DNA of 64,000 nucleotides from positions 3,248 to 67,247 of the forward strand of contig CAZLOB010000070.1 of NCBI GenBank assembly GCA_964561135.1, read 5' to 3'. Numbering within the stretch: position 1 is the first letter of the stretch; each line of letters begins with the position of its first letter. This stretch comes from an uncultured Elusimicrobia bacterium. Its GTDB lineage: Bacteria > Elusimicrobiota > Endomicrobiia > DTEH01. Made by a program: the position numbers and the translations under genes. Positions 17,350 to 27,602 of this stretch are shown one piece after another. The notes under the pieces were generated by a model. It did no database searches. It had not been told where the DNA came from and saw nothing but the letters and a program-made list of their open reading frames with translations.

Positions 17350-17391
17350 TAGGCAGCTTGGTGGTTAGCCAGGCTCCCTATTCTCGTTTTT
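17350..17391 (+). terminator. rho-independent terminator after the pilin gene
   Basis: taggcagcttgg / ccaggctcccta stem (one mismatch, one G-U), loop tggttag, T-rich tail ttctcgttttt. Confidence 0.5.
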
Positions 17392-17408
17392 ATTAATAAA
17401 AAAAATAA

Positions 17409-18170
17409 ATGTTTTTATTCTTAGTATTTATATTAGGTCTTATCTTTGGTAGTTTTGCAAATGTTTTAATTTATAGGATACCGCGCAAAATTTCTATCCT
17501 TTATCCAAATTCGTTTTGTCCACATTGTGGCTCATCTATAGTTTGGTATGATAATATACCACTATTAAGCTATATTTTTCTTTCTGGTAGATGTAGGATT
17601 TGTAATAAAAAAATTTCTTTACAATATCCCATTGTTGAACTTTTATGTGCAATTTTATCTGTGTTTGCATATTTGAAATTTGGTATTGATAAAATGTGGA
17701 TTTTTTTTAATTTATTTTTTATTCTTTTGGTTATAAGTGTTATTGATATTCAAACTACAGAGATACCTAATGTATTATCTTTTTATCTAATAATTTCTGG
17801 AATATTTTTTTCAATTTTTAATCCAGCCTTAGGTAAAAAAGTTTTGATAGGAGATACTATGTATATAAGATTAGTAAACTCGTTGATAGGTGGAATCTTT
17901 GGATTTGTAATTTTTTTCTCAATACAACTTTTAGGAGACAAAATTTTTAAGAGACCTATTTTAGGTGGTGGCGATGTAAAACTTTTAAGTGGTATTGGTA
18001 CATATTTAGGTGTTCAATCGTTGTTGAAAATTATATTTTTTTCATCGTTAGTAGGGACAATTTATGTGTTTATTTTAAGCATTGTAAAGAAAAGAAAACT
18101 TTTTGGCGAGTACATCCAGTTTGCACCGTTTATTTCTATTGGTTGTCTAATATATGTATTCTTACTTTAA
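17409..18170 (+). CDS. pilD: prepilin peptidase (A24 family)
   Basis: Cys-rich N-terminal CPHCGS..CRICNK, multiple TM segments, GGGDVKLL motif. Confidence 0.88.
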   Translation: MFLFLVFILGLIFGSFANVLIYRIPRKISILYPNSFCPHCGSSIVWYDNIPLLSYIFLSGRCRICNKKISLQYPIVELLCAILSVFAYLKFGIDKMWIFFNLFFILLVISVIDIQTTEIPNVLSFYLIISGIFFSIFNPALGKKVLIGDTMYIRLVNSLIGGIFGFVIFFSIQLLGDKIFKRPILGGGDVKLLSGIGTYLGVQSLLKIIFFSSLVGTIYVFILSIVKKRKLFGEYIQFAPFISIGCLIYVFLL

Positions 18171-18720
18171 ATTTTTGTTTTAAAGGTTTTAAAAATTTGT
18201 AATGTAGAGGAGTAAGACCGTCTAGAAACAAACTTTCTTCCAATGGTAAAAGGTCACAACCAACACATTTGTTTGTAGTATAACTTCTTTCTAAAACAAA
18301 GTTGTCATATATTGGTGACCCCCAAAAAATTGTTTGATAAGAATTAAAATTTTTTATTTTTAAAACTTTATCTAAACTTACCCATTCAGTCCCAGTATAA
18401 ATTTCTATTTTTAATTTTGGAGAAAATTTCTTTGTATAAATTTTATCCCATAATTGCCAATCTATCATTGCAAATGCTGTCTGTAGTTCTCTAAGCGAAG
18501 ATGAAGTTGTGAACACACAAAAATCTTTTAGCCATGGGTAACCATTAAAATAAAATAGAAAATATTTTTCTTTCAACGAAAAGTTTGGCATTGCATCAAA
18601 TATAATAAATCTGTTTTCTTTTGAGACATAAATTGTTGGGAAGATATTTTTTTGTTTTTGTTTACAGTTTGAAAGAAAAACACAAGGTAAGCTTAAAAAA
18701 ATAATTATTAGTTTTTTCAT
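18136..18720 (-). CDS. hypothetical lipoprotein
   Basis: MKKLIIIFLSLPCVFLSNC lipobox-like signal. The only convincing minus-strand CDS. Its 3' end overlaps pilD by 35 nt. Confidence 0.55.
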   Translation of the reverse strand: MKKLIIIFLSLPCVFLSNCKQKQKNIFPTIYVSKENRFIIFDAMPNFSLKEKYFLFYFNGYPWLKDFCVFTTSSSLRELQTAFAMIDWQLWDKIYTKKFSPKLKIEIYTGTEWVSLDKVLKIKNFNSYQTIFWGSPIYDNFVLERSYTTNKCVGCDLLPLEESLFLDGLTPLHYKFLKPLKQKFKVRIHILDNQ

Positions 18721-18788
18721 TTTTGATAAATATAATTTTGTCTTTAACAGTTGTTTTTAGATACAAAATTTTATTATTAAGTTCAACT

Positions 18789-20633
18789 ATGGTGAGTGAA
18801 ACGTATCAAAAGATTTTTGTATGTTTACTTTGTATTTTTTTTGTTTTAGTTCCTTTATTGCCAGATGTACAAATTTCTCGTCCAAAGTTGTTGTGTATAG
18901 AATTGATAAGTTTTCTTTCATTGTGTATGTACTTTATTTTTGTGATATTTGAGAATAAGGTTTTATATCCTAAAAACAAGGTTTTTGTTTTAGCTTTTGT
19001 ATTTTTGGTATATATTTTGTTAAGATATTTCTTTTTTTCAGATAGAACTGTTGCATATAACGAAATAAAAAGGTGGGTATTAAGCTTTTGGTTGTTATAT
19101 TTGATAAGCGTTATTGGGGAAAGAAATTACAAAATTTTGATAACTTTTTATATTATTGGAAGTTTTTTATCAGTGTTATATGGTTTGTTGCAACATACAG
19201 GCGGAGTATATAGGATACAAGTACCAAAGTTTGACCGTGTGATGAGCATGTTTGGCAATCCAATATTTTTTGCAGTACATATAATAAATTTTTTACCAAT
19301 AGTTTTTGGTAGAATATTGGTAGAAAAAAATTTTTTTATCAAAACGACATACTTTATAATTTTTGTTATTTCACTAATAACTCTTTATTATACAAAAACA
19401 CGTGCTGCGTTTATTGGTTTGTTTGTTTCTATCGCGATGTTTATTTACTTAATGTTAACACGAAAACAGAAAGTTAAGTATTTACTTTCTTTGTTTTTTT
19501 TATTTTTTATATTTGTTTTTGTAACAAAAAATATTTGGTTAAGACAACAAGCACACATTTTAATCTGGCGTGATAGTATAAAGATGTGGTTGTCAGAACC
19601 ATTTTTTGGTGTAGGTCTTGGTAAGTTTCATATAGAATTTGTTAATTTTGCGTCAGAAGAATTAAGAAAAATATGGCCTCAGAGACAATGTATCATTAAC
19701 GATGCACATAATGAATATATCCAACTACTTGTTGAGAATGGTGTTTTTGGATTTATAATTTTTTTGTTGTTTTTATTTTATTTTTTTAAATTTGTGGTTA
19801 AATTTGTTAAAGAAACAACTAATTTTGAACTTAAGATAATAACTTGTTCTTTGTTATGTGGAGCAGTAGCTGTTTTGGTACAAAACTTTTTTAGTGTTGA
19901 TTTACGCTTTATTATTTCTAATGTATATCTGTTTATAACATTGGGATTTATTTTTGGTTATACTTCTGAAGTTAAACAGAAAGAATTAATATTTAATTCT
20001 TTAGTGTTGAAAACTTTTAGTTTAATAATATCTCTTTTTGTTTTAGGCATTATTTCGTTTTCGTTAAAACAGAAGACATTAAGTTTTTTAAGTTTGTTAC
20101 ATTTTACCAAAAACGGAATCAAATTTAGAATTGATGATACAGGAGGAGGATTGTTACAACAAATTTTACGACCATATCTTGCTTATTATAAGTTGAAACA
20201 AGAAAAAGATTTTTTTGATGAAAAAATATTAGATGCTTTAAACACTATAAAAGAACTTGAAGAACTTAAACAAAAATATCCTAATAAATCCATAATTTAT
20301 GAAAAGTTAGCTTGGGTTTATGCTAAAGAAAGAAATTTTCAAAAAGCAGTAGAGAATTACTTAATAGCAATAAAACTTAATCCTAATTCGTATTCAGCAT
20401 ATAACAACCTTGGTAACATAATGTTCCTTACAGGAAATAGACAAAAAGCAGTTGAGTTTTATAAAAAATCTATTGAAATTAACCCAAACCAAATTGATTC
20501 AAGGTTAAACTTAGGAATTCTATATTATTATGAAGGAGAATTAAATCTTGCTGCTGAACAGTTTAAAAAGGTTTTAGAGCTTGATCCAAATAATGAAAAA
20601 GCTATAGTTTATCTTAAGAAAATGAGAGAATAA
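18789..20633 (+). CDS. O-antigen ligase (Wzy_C)-like polytopic membrane protein with C-terminal TPR repeats
   Basis: Track ORF 18723..20633; first ATG at 18789. AHNEYIQLLVENGVFGFIIFL motif. C-terminal TPR-like AWVYAKERNFQKAVENYLIAIKLNPNS, AYNNLGNIMF..AVEFYKKSIEINPN. Confidence 0.75.
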   Translation: MVSETYQKIFVCLLCIFFVLVPLLPDVQISRPKLLCIELISFLSLCMYFIFVIFENKVLYPKNKVFVLAFVFLVYILLRYFFFSDRTVAYNEIKRWVLSFWLLYLISVIGERNYKILITFYIIGSFLSVLYGLLQHTGGVYRIQVPKFDRVMSMFGNPIFFAVHIINFLPIVFGRILVEKNFFIKTTYFIIFVISLITLYYTKTRAAFIGLFVSIAMFIYLMLTRKQKVKYLLSLFFLFFIFVFVTKNIWLRQQAHILIWRDSIKMWLSEPFFGVGLGKFHIEFVNFASEELRKIWPQRQCIINDAHNEYIQLLVENGVFGFIIFLLFLFYFFKFVVKFVKETTNFELKIITCSLLCGAVAVLVQNFFSVDLRFIISNVYLFITLGFIFGYTSEVKQKELIFNSLVLKTFSLIISLFVLGIISFSLKQKTLSFLSLLHFTKNGIKFRIDDTGGGLLQQILRPYLAYYKLKQEKDFFDEKILDALNTIKELEELKQKYPNKSIIYEKLAWVYAKERNFQKAVENYLIAIKLNPNSYSAYNNLGNIMFLTGNRQKAVEFYKKSIEINPNQIDSRLNLGILYYYEGELNLAAEQFKKVLELDPNNEKAIVYLKKMRE

Positions 20634-20670
20634 CAATTTTGAATGTATTAAATATAACCAAAATTTGCAT

Positions 20671-21852
20671 ATGAAACAAGAAAGTTTATGTCAACATTTT
20701 GGTATCTGTGGAGGATGTCAATCACAAGATATAGATTATAATCTACAGGTTTTCCAAAAACAAAAATTTATAGAAGAAAAATTTAAAGATTTTGAAATTG
20801 TTGAACTTTGTCAAATAATTCCTTCACCACAAATATGGTATTATAGAAACAAAATGGAATTTGTTGTTGGTAAAGAAAAAACAGGTAAGATTGTTTGCGG
20901 ATTACGAGAGAAAGGAAAGTTCTATAAAATTGTTGACCTTGCTGAATGTAAAATAAGTTTTGAAAAAACATCACAGATACTTAACATTTTTAAAAATTGG
21001 GTCAAAGAGTGTTCATTTGAACCATATAATCTTATAACTCACAAAGGTAAAGTAAGGTACCTTGTTGTAAAAGAAGCAAAAACAAATAACAAAATTTTGT
21101 TAAATCTTATAGTTACAGGAACAAAATATCAAATTGAACATAATGAATACAACTTTTATACATCTTTTGTTGAAGAATTTAAAAAAATACCAAATGTTGC
21201 TTCAATATATTTGTCAATAAACAACAAGTTGTCTGACAATGCCGTTGCTGAAGAAATTTTACATTTATACGGTGAAAAATACATAGTTGAAGAGATAAAT
21301 GGAGTTTTATATAAAGTATATCCACAAACTTTTTTACAAACAAATACGAAATGTTGTGAGTTGTTATACAAAGTTGTTTTAGACGAAGTTGAAGAAGGTA
21401 ATGTTTTAGACATTTATTGTGGGAGTGGGGGGCTTGCTTTACAAATTGTTAAACATAAATCATATGTAGATAAAATAATAGGAGTAGATTCCTCTAAAGA
21501 AAACATTGATACTGCAAATGAAAACTGCAAAATAAATAACTGTACTGACAATATAGAGTTTGTATGTTCAACTGCAGAAGAATTTATACAAAAATTGTGG
21601 AAGTCAAAATTTTTGACAAACCTTTCAACTGTTATTGTAGACCCGCCAAGACCAGGTTTGAGTAAAAGAGTAAAATCAATACTTTTAGATTTGTCTGTGA
21701 ACAAAATAATTTATGTTTCTTGTAATCCTAATACACTTTATGAAGATTTGAAAATTCTTCTTAAATTTTATAAAATAAAAAGATTAGTACCTATTGATAT
21801 GTTCCCTCATACACCACATGTGGAATTAATTTGTGTATTAGAACACAGATAG
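20671..21852 (+). CDS. RumA/TrmA-family RNA (uracil-5-)-methyltransferase
   Basis: CQHFGICGGCQSQ cluster, SAM motif VLDIYCGSGGLAL, VDPPRPG, catalytic region YVSCNP. Confidence 0.8.
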   Translation: MKQESLCQHFGICGGCQSQDIDYNLQVFQKQKFIEEKFKDFEIVELCQIIPSPQIWYYRNKMEFVVGKEKTGKIVCGLREKGKFYKIVDLAECKISFEKTSQILNIFKNWVKECSFEPYNLITHKGKVRYLVVKEAKTNNKILLNLIVTGTKYQIEHNEYNFYTSFVEEFKKIPNVASIYLSINNKLSDNAVAEEILHLYGEKYIVEEINGVLYKVYPQTFLQTNTKCCELLYKVVLDEVEEGNVLDIYCGSGGLALQIVKHKSYVDKIIGVDSSKENIDTANENCKINNCTDNIEFVCSTAEEFIQKLWKSKFLTNLSTVIVDPPRPGLSKRVKSILLDLSVNKIIYVSCNPNTLYEDLKILLKFYKIKRLVPIDMFPHTPHVELICVLEHR

Positions 21853-21863
21853 TAGAAAAAATG

Positions 21864-21907
21864 TGAAAAAGTAAGAAAGTTAAAAGTTGAAAGTTGAAGG
21901 TTGAAAA
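21864..21907 (+). repeat. AAGTTNA-type heptad/octad array abutting the pcrA start codon
   Basis: gtgaaaaa gtaagaaa gttaaaa gttgaaa gttgaag gttgaaaa followed by ATG 21908. Confidence 0.75.
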
Positions 21908-24145
21908 ATGAAAGAATTATTGTTACAACTTAATGAACAACAACGTGCCGCAGTAGAATATATTTATGGTCCTATGGTAGTATTTGCTGGTGTAGGGACA
22001 GGTAAAACACGAGTGATTACATATCGTATTGCATATTTGTTAAGTTTAGGTGTTGATCCGTATAACATATTAGCTGTTACTTTTACGAATAAAGCTGCTT
22101 GTGAAATGAAAGAAAGATTATCCTCTCTTTTCCCATATAAAGCCGAAAAAGTGTGGATCTCAACTTTTCATTCTTTATGTGCAAAAATACTGTATACTGA
22201 AGCAGAAAATTTTGGTATAAAAAGGAATTTTGTAATCTATGACGAAGAGGATTCTGTAAAGCTTATTAAAGAATGTATTAAAGAAATGTCAATACAGCAT
22301 ATTGGACTTTCAGTATATGATATATACGACACAATTTGTAGAGCAAAGGATAATTTAATTGATCCTGATTCATATAGAATTAACACCATTGTTTTTCAAC
22401 AATATCCAAGAGAAATAATCGCTGAAATATACTTAAGGTATCAAACAAAGCTACAACAAAATAATGCGTTAGACTTTAGTGATCTTATAATGAAGACAGT
22501 TCAGTTTTTAAAAGATGAAAAATTTACTGAGATAAGAAATAAATATGCAGAGAGGTTTAAATATATACATGTTGATGAATTTCAAGATGTTAACCATGCA
22601 CAGGTTGTATTGCTAAAAATTTTGTCTTCTGTCCATCATAACATATGTGTAGTAGGTGATGATGATCAAAACATATATTCTTGGCGTGGTAGCGATGTGA
22701 AATATTTGTTAAACTTTAAAAAAGAATTTTCTACACAAGATCTTCAGGTTAAAGAATTTAAAATTACTCAAAATTATAGATCAAAAAAAACTATTTTAGA
22801 AGTTTCAAACAAACTTATAAGTCATAATAAATTTAGAGTAAAAAAAGAACTTTTTAGTAATATTGAAGGAGATTTTAAAAATGATATAAAAATAAAACAA
22901 TGTCAAAACGAATATGATGAAGCAGAATTTGTAGCAAAAGAAATACTTAAACTGCAACAAATACCAGAGTTTAAAAACGCATCAGTTGCTGTTTTGTACA
23001 GGACAAACTCACAATCTCGTATTTTTGAAGAAGTGTTTAGTGAATATAAGATACCATACAAAATTGTTGGTTCGGTTGCATTTTTTGAAAGGAAAGAAAT
23101 AAAAGATATAATAGCATACTTACGTGTATTAGTTAACCCTGAAGATAGTATTTCTTTAAAACGTATTATAAATACTCCACATAGAGGTATAGGTGAGACA
23201 ACTATTCTTTATCTTGAAACTTTGGCTAAGGAAAATAAAACTTCTTTATGGGAACAAATTGTTAAGATTGATGATACGGAACTTTCGTTAAAAGTAAAAA
23301 ATGCTGTATGGAAGTTTTTATCTTTGTATGATATGTTGAAAAAATACAAAGATACGATGTATCCGTCTGAATTTATAAAATTTTTAATTGAGAAAACTAA
23401 ATACATTGATATGATAGGAGATAAAAATGAACGTATTGCAAATATTGAACAATTGGTAGATATTGCAAAAAGATTAGAAGTACAAAATAATATTTCTACA
23501 GTAGAAGATTTTTTAAATAATATCTCACTTTTTACATTAGCAGATACAGAAGAAAAAATTGAGTTTAAAAACCAAAGTTTTAATTTGAAAGAAGTTGTTT
23601 TGATGACATTGCATGTAGCAAAAGGGCTTGAGTTTGATGTGGTTTTTATAGTAGGTTTAGTTGAAGGTATTTTACCTATTTGGTGGGTTAAAGAAGAAAA
23701 TATTGGATATAAAAGTCCAATTTATCTGTTTAATAAAAATACAGATCTTTTAGGTATAGAAGAAGAACGAAGGTTATGTTATGTTGGTATTACACGAGCA
23801 AAAAAAATGTTGTATTTAACATATTATTTAAAACGTTCATTGTGGGCTGAAGAACAACCTTCTGTTCCGTCAAGATTTTTAGAAGAGATTTTAAAAGAAT
23901 CTGGGAAATTTAAGTTTACACAATTTAATGTTGTTCCTGAAACTGAAGAAATAGAAAAAGTTGATTTTTTAACAACCGGAGAATATGTTGTACATGATAG
24001 GTTTGGTATAGGAAAAATAGTAGATATTTTAAAAGAACCACCATATGATAAAGTTGTTGTGGTGTTCCAAAACGGGCAAAAGAAAAAATTAAGTTTAAAA
24101 CATACAAAACTTAGAAAACTTAAAGGGTATAACATTAATCAATGA
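21908..24145 (+). CDS. pcrA: ATP-dependent DNA helicase, UvrD/PcrA/Rep family
   Basis: AGVGTGKT Walker A, HVDEFQDVN, QNYRS, TLHVAKGLEFDVVFIVG, C-terminal VVHDRFGIGKIVDI. Confidence 0.9.
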   Translation: MKELLLQLNEQQRAAVEYIYGPMVVFAGVGTGKTRVITYRIAYLLSLGVDPYNILAVTFTNKAACEMKERLSSLFPYKAEKVWISTFHSLCAKILYTEAENFGIKRNFVIYDEEDSVKLIKECIKEMSIQHIGLSVYDIYDTICRAKDNLIDPDSYRINTIVFQQYPREIIAEIYLRYQTKLQQNNALDFSDLIMKTVQFLKDEKFTEIRNKYAERFKYIHVDEFQDVNHAQVVLLKILSSVHHNICVVGDDDQNIYSWRGSDVKYLLNFKKEFSTQDLQVKEFKITQNYRSKKTILEVSNKLISHNKFRVKKELFSNIEGDFKNDIKIKQCQNEYDEAEFVAKEILKLQQIPEFKNASVAVLYRTNSQSRIFEEVFSEYKIPYKIVGSVAFFERKEIKDIIAYLRVLVNPEDSISLKRIINTPHRGIGETTILYLETLAKENKTSLWEQIVKIDDTELSLKVKNAVWKFLSLYDMLKKYKDTMYPSEFIKFLIEKTKYIDMIGDKNERIANIEQLVDIAKRLEVQNNISTVEDFLNNISLFTLADTEEKIEFKNQSFNLKEVVLMTLHVAKGLEFDVVFIVGLVEGILPIWWVKEENIGYKSPIYLFNKNTDLLGIEEERRLCYVGITRAKKMLYLTYYLKRSLWAEEQPSVPSRFLEEILKESGKFKFTQFNVVPETEEIEKVDFLTTGEYVVHDRFGIGKIVDILKEPPYDKVVVVFQNGQKKKLSLKHTKLRKLKGYNINQ

Positions 24146-24450
24146 AAAAAATCTCTAAAGAAGAAGTACAACATATTGCATATCTATCACGGCTAGCATT
24201 AACTGATGAAGAACTTGAACTATATTCAAAACAGCTAGAAGTTATATTAGAATACATGGACAAACTAAATAATATTGATACAACAAATGTTGAACCTGTC
24301 TCAAGTATCGTTATGTTATATAAAAACATAGAAAAAAAACCTTATTATAGAGAAGATGTGCCAAAAGAAAGTAACTGTAAAAAAGAAATACTACAAAATG
24401 CTCCACAAAGAGTTCAAAATTATTTCAAAGTAGAAAAAGTGATTGAATGA
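24142..24450 (+). CDS. gatC: Asp/Glu-tRNA amidotransferase subunit C
   Basis: EEVQHIAYLSRLALTDEELELYSKQLEVILEYMDKLNNIDTTNVEP. Confidence 0.85.
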   Translation: MKKISKEEVQHIAYLSRLALTDEELELYSKQLEVILEYMDKLNNIDTTNVEPVSSIVMLYKNIEKKPYYREDVPKESNCKKEILQNAPQRVQNYFKVEKVIE

Positions 24451-24472
24451 TTTTATTTTTTAGGAGGAAATT

Positions 24473-24667
24473 ATGGCAAGAAGATGTTTATTATGTAATA
24501 AAGGTCCAAAAGCAGGCAAAAATGTTGCCCATTCTAAAAAGACAACCCCAAGAAGGTTCCTGCCTAATGTCCAAAAAAAAGTTTTTAGGTTTAAAGGAAA
24601 AGTTTATAAAGGATATATTTGTACAAGATGTATGAGGACTTATAAGTCAGAAATAGTATATCTCTAG
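24473..24667 (+). CDS. rpmB: 50S ribosomal protein L28
   Basis: [36 protein letters not shown]; SD taggagg upstream. Confidence 0.9.
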   Translation: MARRCLLCNKGPKAGKNVAHSKKTTPRRFLPNVQKKVFRFKGKVYKGYICTRCMRTYKSEIVYL

Positions 24668-24669
24668 TA

Positions 24670-25473
24670 ATGAATAATAAGAATGTTCTAAAGATTAAAG
24701 ATACTGAAATAGAGATTTTATTTTTAAATGTTTATAAAAAAACCGTAGCGGATAATGTTTGTAAAATTGATGATTTAAAATTAGAAAACATAAAAGAAGT
24801 TCTTAAAAATTTTTTTAAAAAATTAAATAGACATGTAAACTCTGTCACAATATTTGTTAGCACTAAAAATAAGATAGATAAAACTGTTTTAGTTTCGGCT
24901 ACAAAAGTTATTGTCGAAGAAATAACAAAGTTCGTTCTTGAAAACAGAGATTTTTTTATAAAGAAAATATCAATAATTTTAAACGATAAAAAAATTTATA
25001 AAATTTTTTCTAAAATTGCTTCTGACCATATCGGATATATTAATAGGAAAATAGGTCTTTATCCAATACCTACCGTTGATATAATAATTGAAGTAAAGAC
25101 CAAAAATAAAAAAGGTGTTGTTTTAATAGAGAGAAAAAATCCGCCGTATGGATGGGCGATACCAGGCGGTTTTGTTGAATATAACGAATCGTTAGAATTT
25201 GCTGCAATAAGAGAAGCAAAAGAAGAAACAGGACTCAAGATAAAAAATTTAAGACAGTTCCATACTTATTCAGAACCAGGTCGTGACCCAAGATTTCATA
25301 CAATATCAACTGTGTTTATAGCAGAAGCAAATTCTTTACCTAAAGCAGCTTCAGATGCAAAAAATGTTGTTGTTGCAACAAAAAAAGAAATTTTGTCAGG
25401 TAAATACAATCTCGTTTTTGACCACAAAAAAATTTTAGAAGATTATTTTAAAACAAAAAGGACAAAAATATGA
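24670..25473 (+). CDS. NUDIX hydrolase with an uncharacterised N-terminal domain
   Basis: Nudix box [24 protein letters not shown] in the C-terminal half. Confidence 0.75.
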   Translation: MNNKNVLKIKDTEIEILFLNVYKKTVADNVCKIDDLKLENIKEVLKNFFKKLNRHVNSVTIFVSTKNKIDKTVLVSATKVIVEEITKFVLENRDFFIKKISIILNDKKIYKIFSKIASDHIGYINRKIGLYPIPTVDIIIEVKTKNKKGVVLIERKNPPYGWAIPGGFVEYNESLEFAAIREAKEETGLKIKNLRQFHTYSEPGRDPRFHTISTVFIAEANSLPKAASDAKNVVVATKKEILSGKYNLVFDHKKILEDYFKTKRTKI

Positions 25474-26477
25474 AGGTTTTAGTTACTGGCGCAGCAGGGT
25501 TTATAGGATTTCATTTGGCTAAAAGGTTGTTAGAAGAAAATTATGATGTTATAGGTGTAGACAACTTGTGTCCATACTATGATGTTAAATTAAAAATTGA
25601 TAGAATAAAACAAATAGAAAACTATAAAAATTTTAAATTTATAAAATCAGATTTGAAAGACAAAGAAGAAGTGTTTAATTTGTTTAAAGAGACAGGTTTT
25701 GATTATATTTTACATATGGCAGCTCAAGCAGGTGTAAGATATTCATTAAAAAATCCTTATCAATATATAGATAGCAACATTCTTTCAACTGTAAATCTTT
25801 TTGAAGCGACAAAACTTTATCCAACAAAACATTTTGTTTTAGCATCAACAAGTTCTGTATATGGAGCAAACAAAAGTATACCTTTTTCTGTACACCATAA
25901 TGTTAATCATCCAATATCGCTATATGCAGCAACAAAAAAATCTGCTGAACTTATAGCTCATACTTACTCTGCTTTGTTCAATATCCCAACTACTGTGTTA
26001 AGATTTTTTACAGTATATGGACCATGGGGAAGACCTGATATGGCCTTGTTTGTTTTCACAAAAAATATTATTGAAGATAAACCAATTGATGTATATAATT
26101 ATGGCAAAATGAAAAGAGATTTTACATACATTGATGATGTTGTGGAGAGTGTGGTTCGTATTATGAAAAAGATACCGCAGCCGGATCCTAACTGGGATGC
26201 GACAAATCCTGATCCTGCAACATCGTTTGCACCATATAAAATTTACAATGTTGGGAACAACCAGCCAGTTGAATTGATAAGATTTATAGAAATTATAGAA
26301 GAATGTTTAGGGAAAAAAGCTAAAAAAAATTTTCTTCCATTACAGCCTGGCGATGTTGTGGAAACATATGCAGATATTGATGAGTTGGTAAAAGATATAG
26401 GATATAAACCGCAAACACCAGTTGAAGTTGGAATTAAAAGATTTGTTGAATGGTATAAAGATTACTATAAAATTTAA
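25470..26477 (+). CDS. NAD-dependent sugar-nucleotide epimerase (UDP-glucuronate 4-epimerase-like)
   Basis: [36 protein letters not shown]. Confidence 0.85.
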   Translation: MKVLVTGAAGFIGFHLAKRLLEENYDVIGVDNLCPYYDVKLKIDRIKQIENYKNFKFIKSDLKDKEEVFNLFKETGFDYILHMAAQAGVRYSLKNPYQYIDSNILSTVNLFEATKLYPTKHFVLASTSSVYGANKSIPFSVHHNVNHPISLYAATKKSAELIAHTYSALFNIPTTVLRFFTVYGPWGRPDMALFVFTKNIIEDKPIDVYNYGKMKRDFTYIDDVVESVVRIMKKIPQPDPNWDATNPDPATSFAPYKIYNVGNNQPVELIRFIEIIEECLGKKAKKNFLPLQPGDVVETYADIDELVKDIGYKPQTPVEVGIKRFVEWYKDYYKI

Positions 26478-26481
26478 AATA

Positions 26482-27591
26482 ATGAAAGTTTTGTTTATTT
26501 TTGGCACTCGACCAGAAGCAATAAAACTTGCTCCGTTGATCATAGAGTTTAAAAAATATAAAAATTTTATAACAAAAGTTTGTGTCACTTCTCAGCATAA
26601 AGAGATGTTACAACAAGTAATCAAGTTTTTTGATATATCTACAGATTATGATCTTTCAATCATGGAACATAATCAAACTTTGTTCCAAATTACATCGAAG
26701 ATTATTCAAAGAATAGAGTCAGTCCTTGACGATTTTAAACCTGATATAATTTTTATTCAAGGTGATGCTTCTTCAGCTTTTTTAAGTGCATTAGCTGGGT
26801 TTTATAAAAAAATAAAAATTGCACATGTTGAGGCTGGGTTGAGATCTTATAACAAATACGCTCCTTTTCCTGAAGAAATAAATCGTGTTTTAATTTCGCG
26901 TATAGCAGATTACCATTTTGCACCCACTGTTTTAGCAAAAAAAAATTTGGAAAAAGAAGGAATTAGAAAAAATGTTTGGGTAGTAGGTAATACTGTTATA
27001 GATGCATTATTGTTAGCATTAAAGATTGTTAAAAATTCTGATGACAAATATAAAAATTATTTTAAATTTTTAGATTTTAACAAAAAGATAATTCTTGTGA
27101 CCGGTCATAGAAGAGAAAGTTTTGGTGAACCATTTAGACAAATATGTTTAGCGATAAAAGAGATAGCACAAAAGTTTAAAGATGTAGAAATTGTATATCC
27201 TGTTCATCTTAATCCAAATGTTAGGAAACCTGTTTTTGAGATATTGGCTGGATTAAAAAATGTTCATTTGATAGAACCACTATCTTATCCACATTTTGTT
27301 TGGTTATTAGAAAAATCTTATTTAGTACTTACTGATTCTGGTGGGATACAAGAAGAAGCGCCTTCGTTAGGAAAACCTGTGTTAGTTATGCGGGAGGTGA
27401 CTGAAAGAATTGAAGGAATAAAAGCAGGTACAGCGAAACTTGTTGGTGTAAAAAAAGATAGTATTGTAGAAAATACTGTTGAACTTTTAACAAATAAGAA
27501 TTTGTATGAAGGAATGGCAAAGAAGAAAAATCCTTATGGTGATGGAAAGTCTGCTAAAAGAATTGTAAAGATAATAAGTAAAATTTTGTAA
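26482..27591 (+). CDS. wecB: UDP-N-acetylglucosamine 2-epimerase (non-hydrolysing)
   Basis: [54 protein letters not shown]. Start placed at ATG 26482. Confidence 0.88.
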   Translation: MKVLFIFGTRPEAIKLAPLIIEFKKYKNFITKVCVTSQHKEMLQQVIKFFDISTDYDLSIMEHNQTLFQITSKIIQRIESVLDDFKPDIIFIQGDASSAFLSALAGFYKKIKIAHVEAGLRSYNKYAPFPEEINRVLISRIADYHFAPTVLAKKNLEKEGIRKNVWVVGNTVIDALLLALKIVKNSDDKYKNYFKFLDFNKKIILVTGHRRESFGEPFRQICLAIKEIAQKFKDVEIVYPVHLNPNVRKPVFEILAGLKNVHLIEPLSYPHFVWLLEKSYLVLTDSGGIQEEAPSLGKPVLVMREVTERIEGIKAGTAKLVGVKKDSIVENTVELLTNKNLYEGMAKKKNPYGDGKSAKRIVKIISKIL

Positions 27592-27602
27592 ACAATGGAG
27601 GA

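Noticed and set aside
24447-24635. 62-aa ORF overlapping rpmB in another frame
   Set aside because: The rpmB frame has a classic L28 sequence and a strong SD. The overlapping frame is an artefact.
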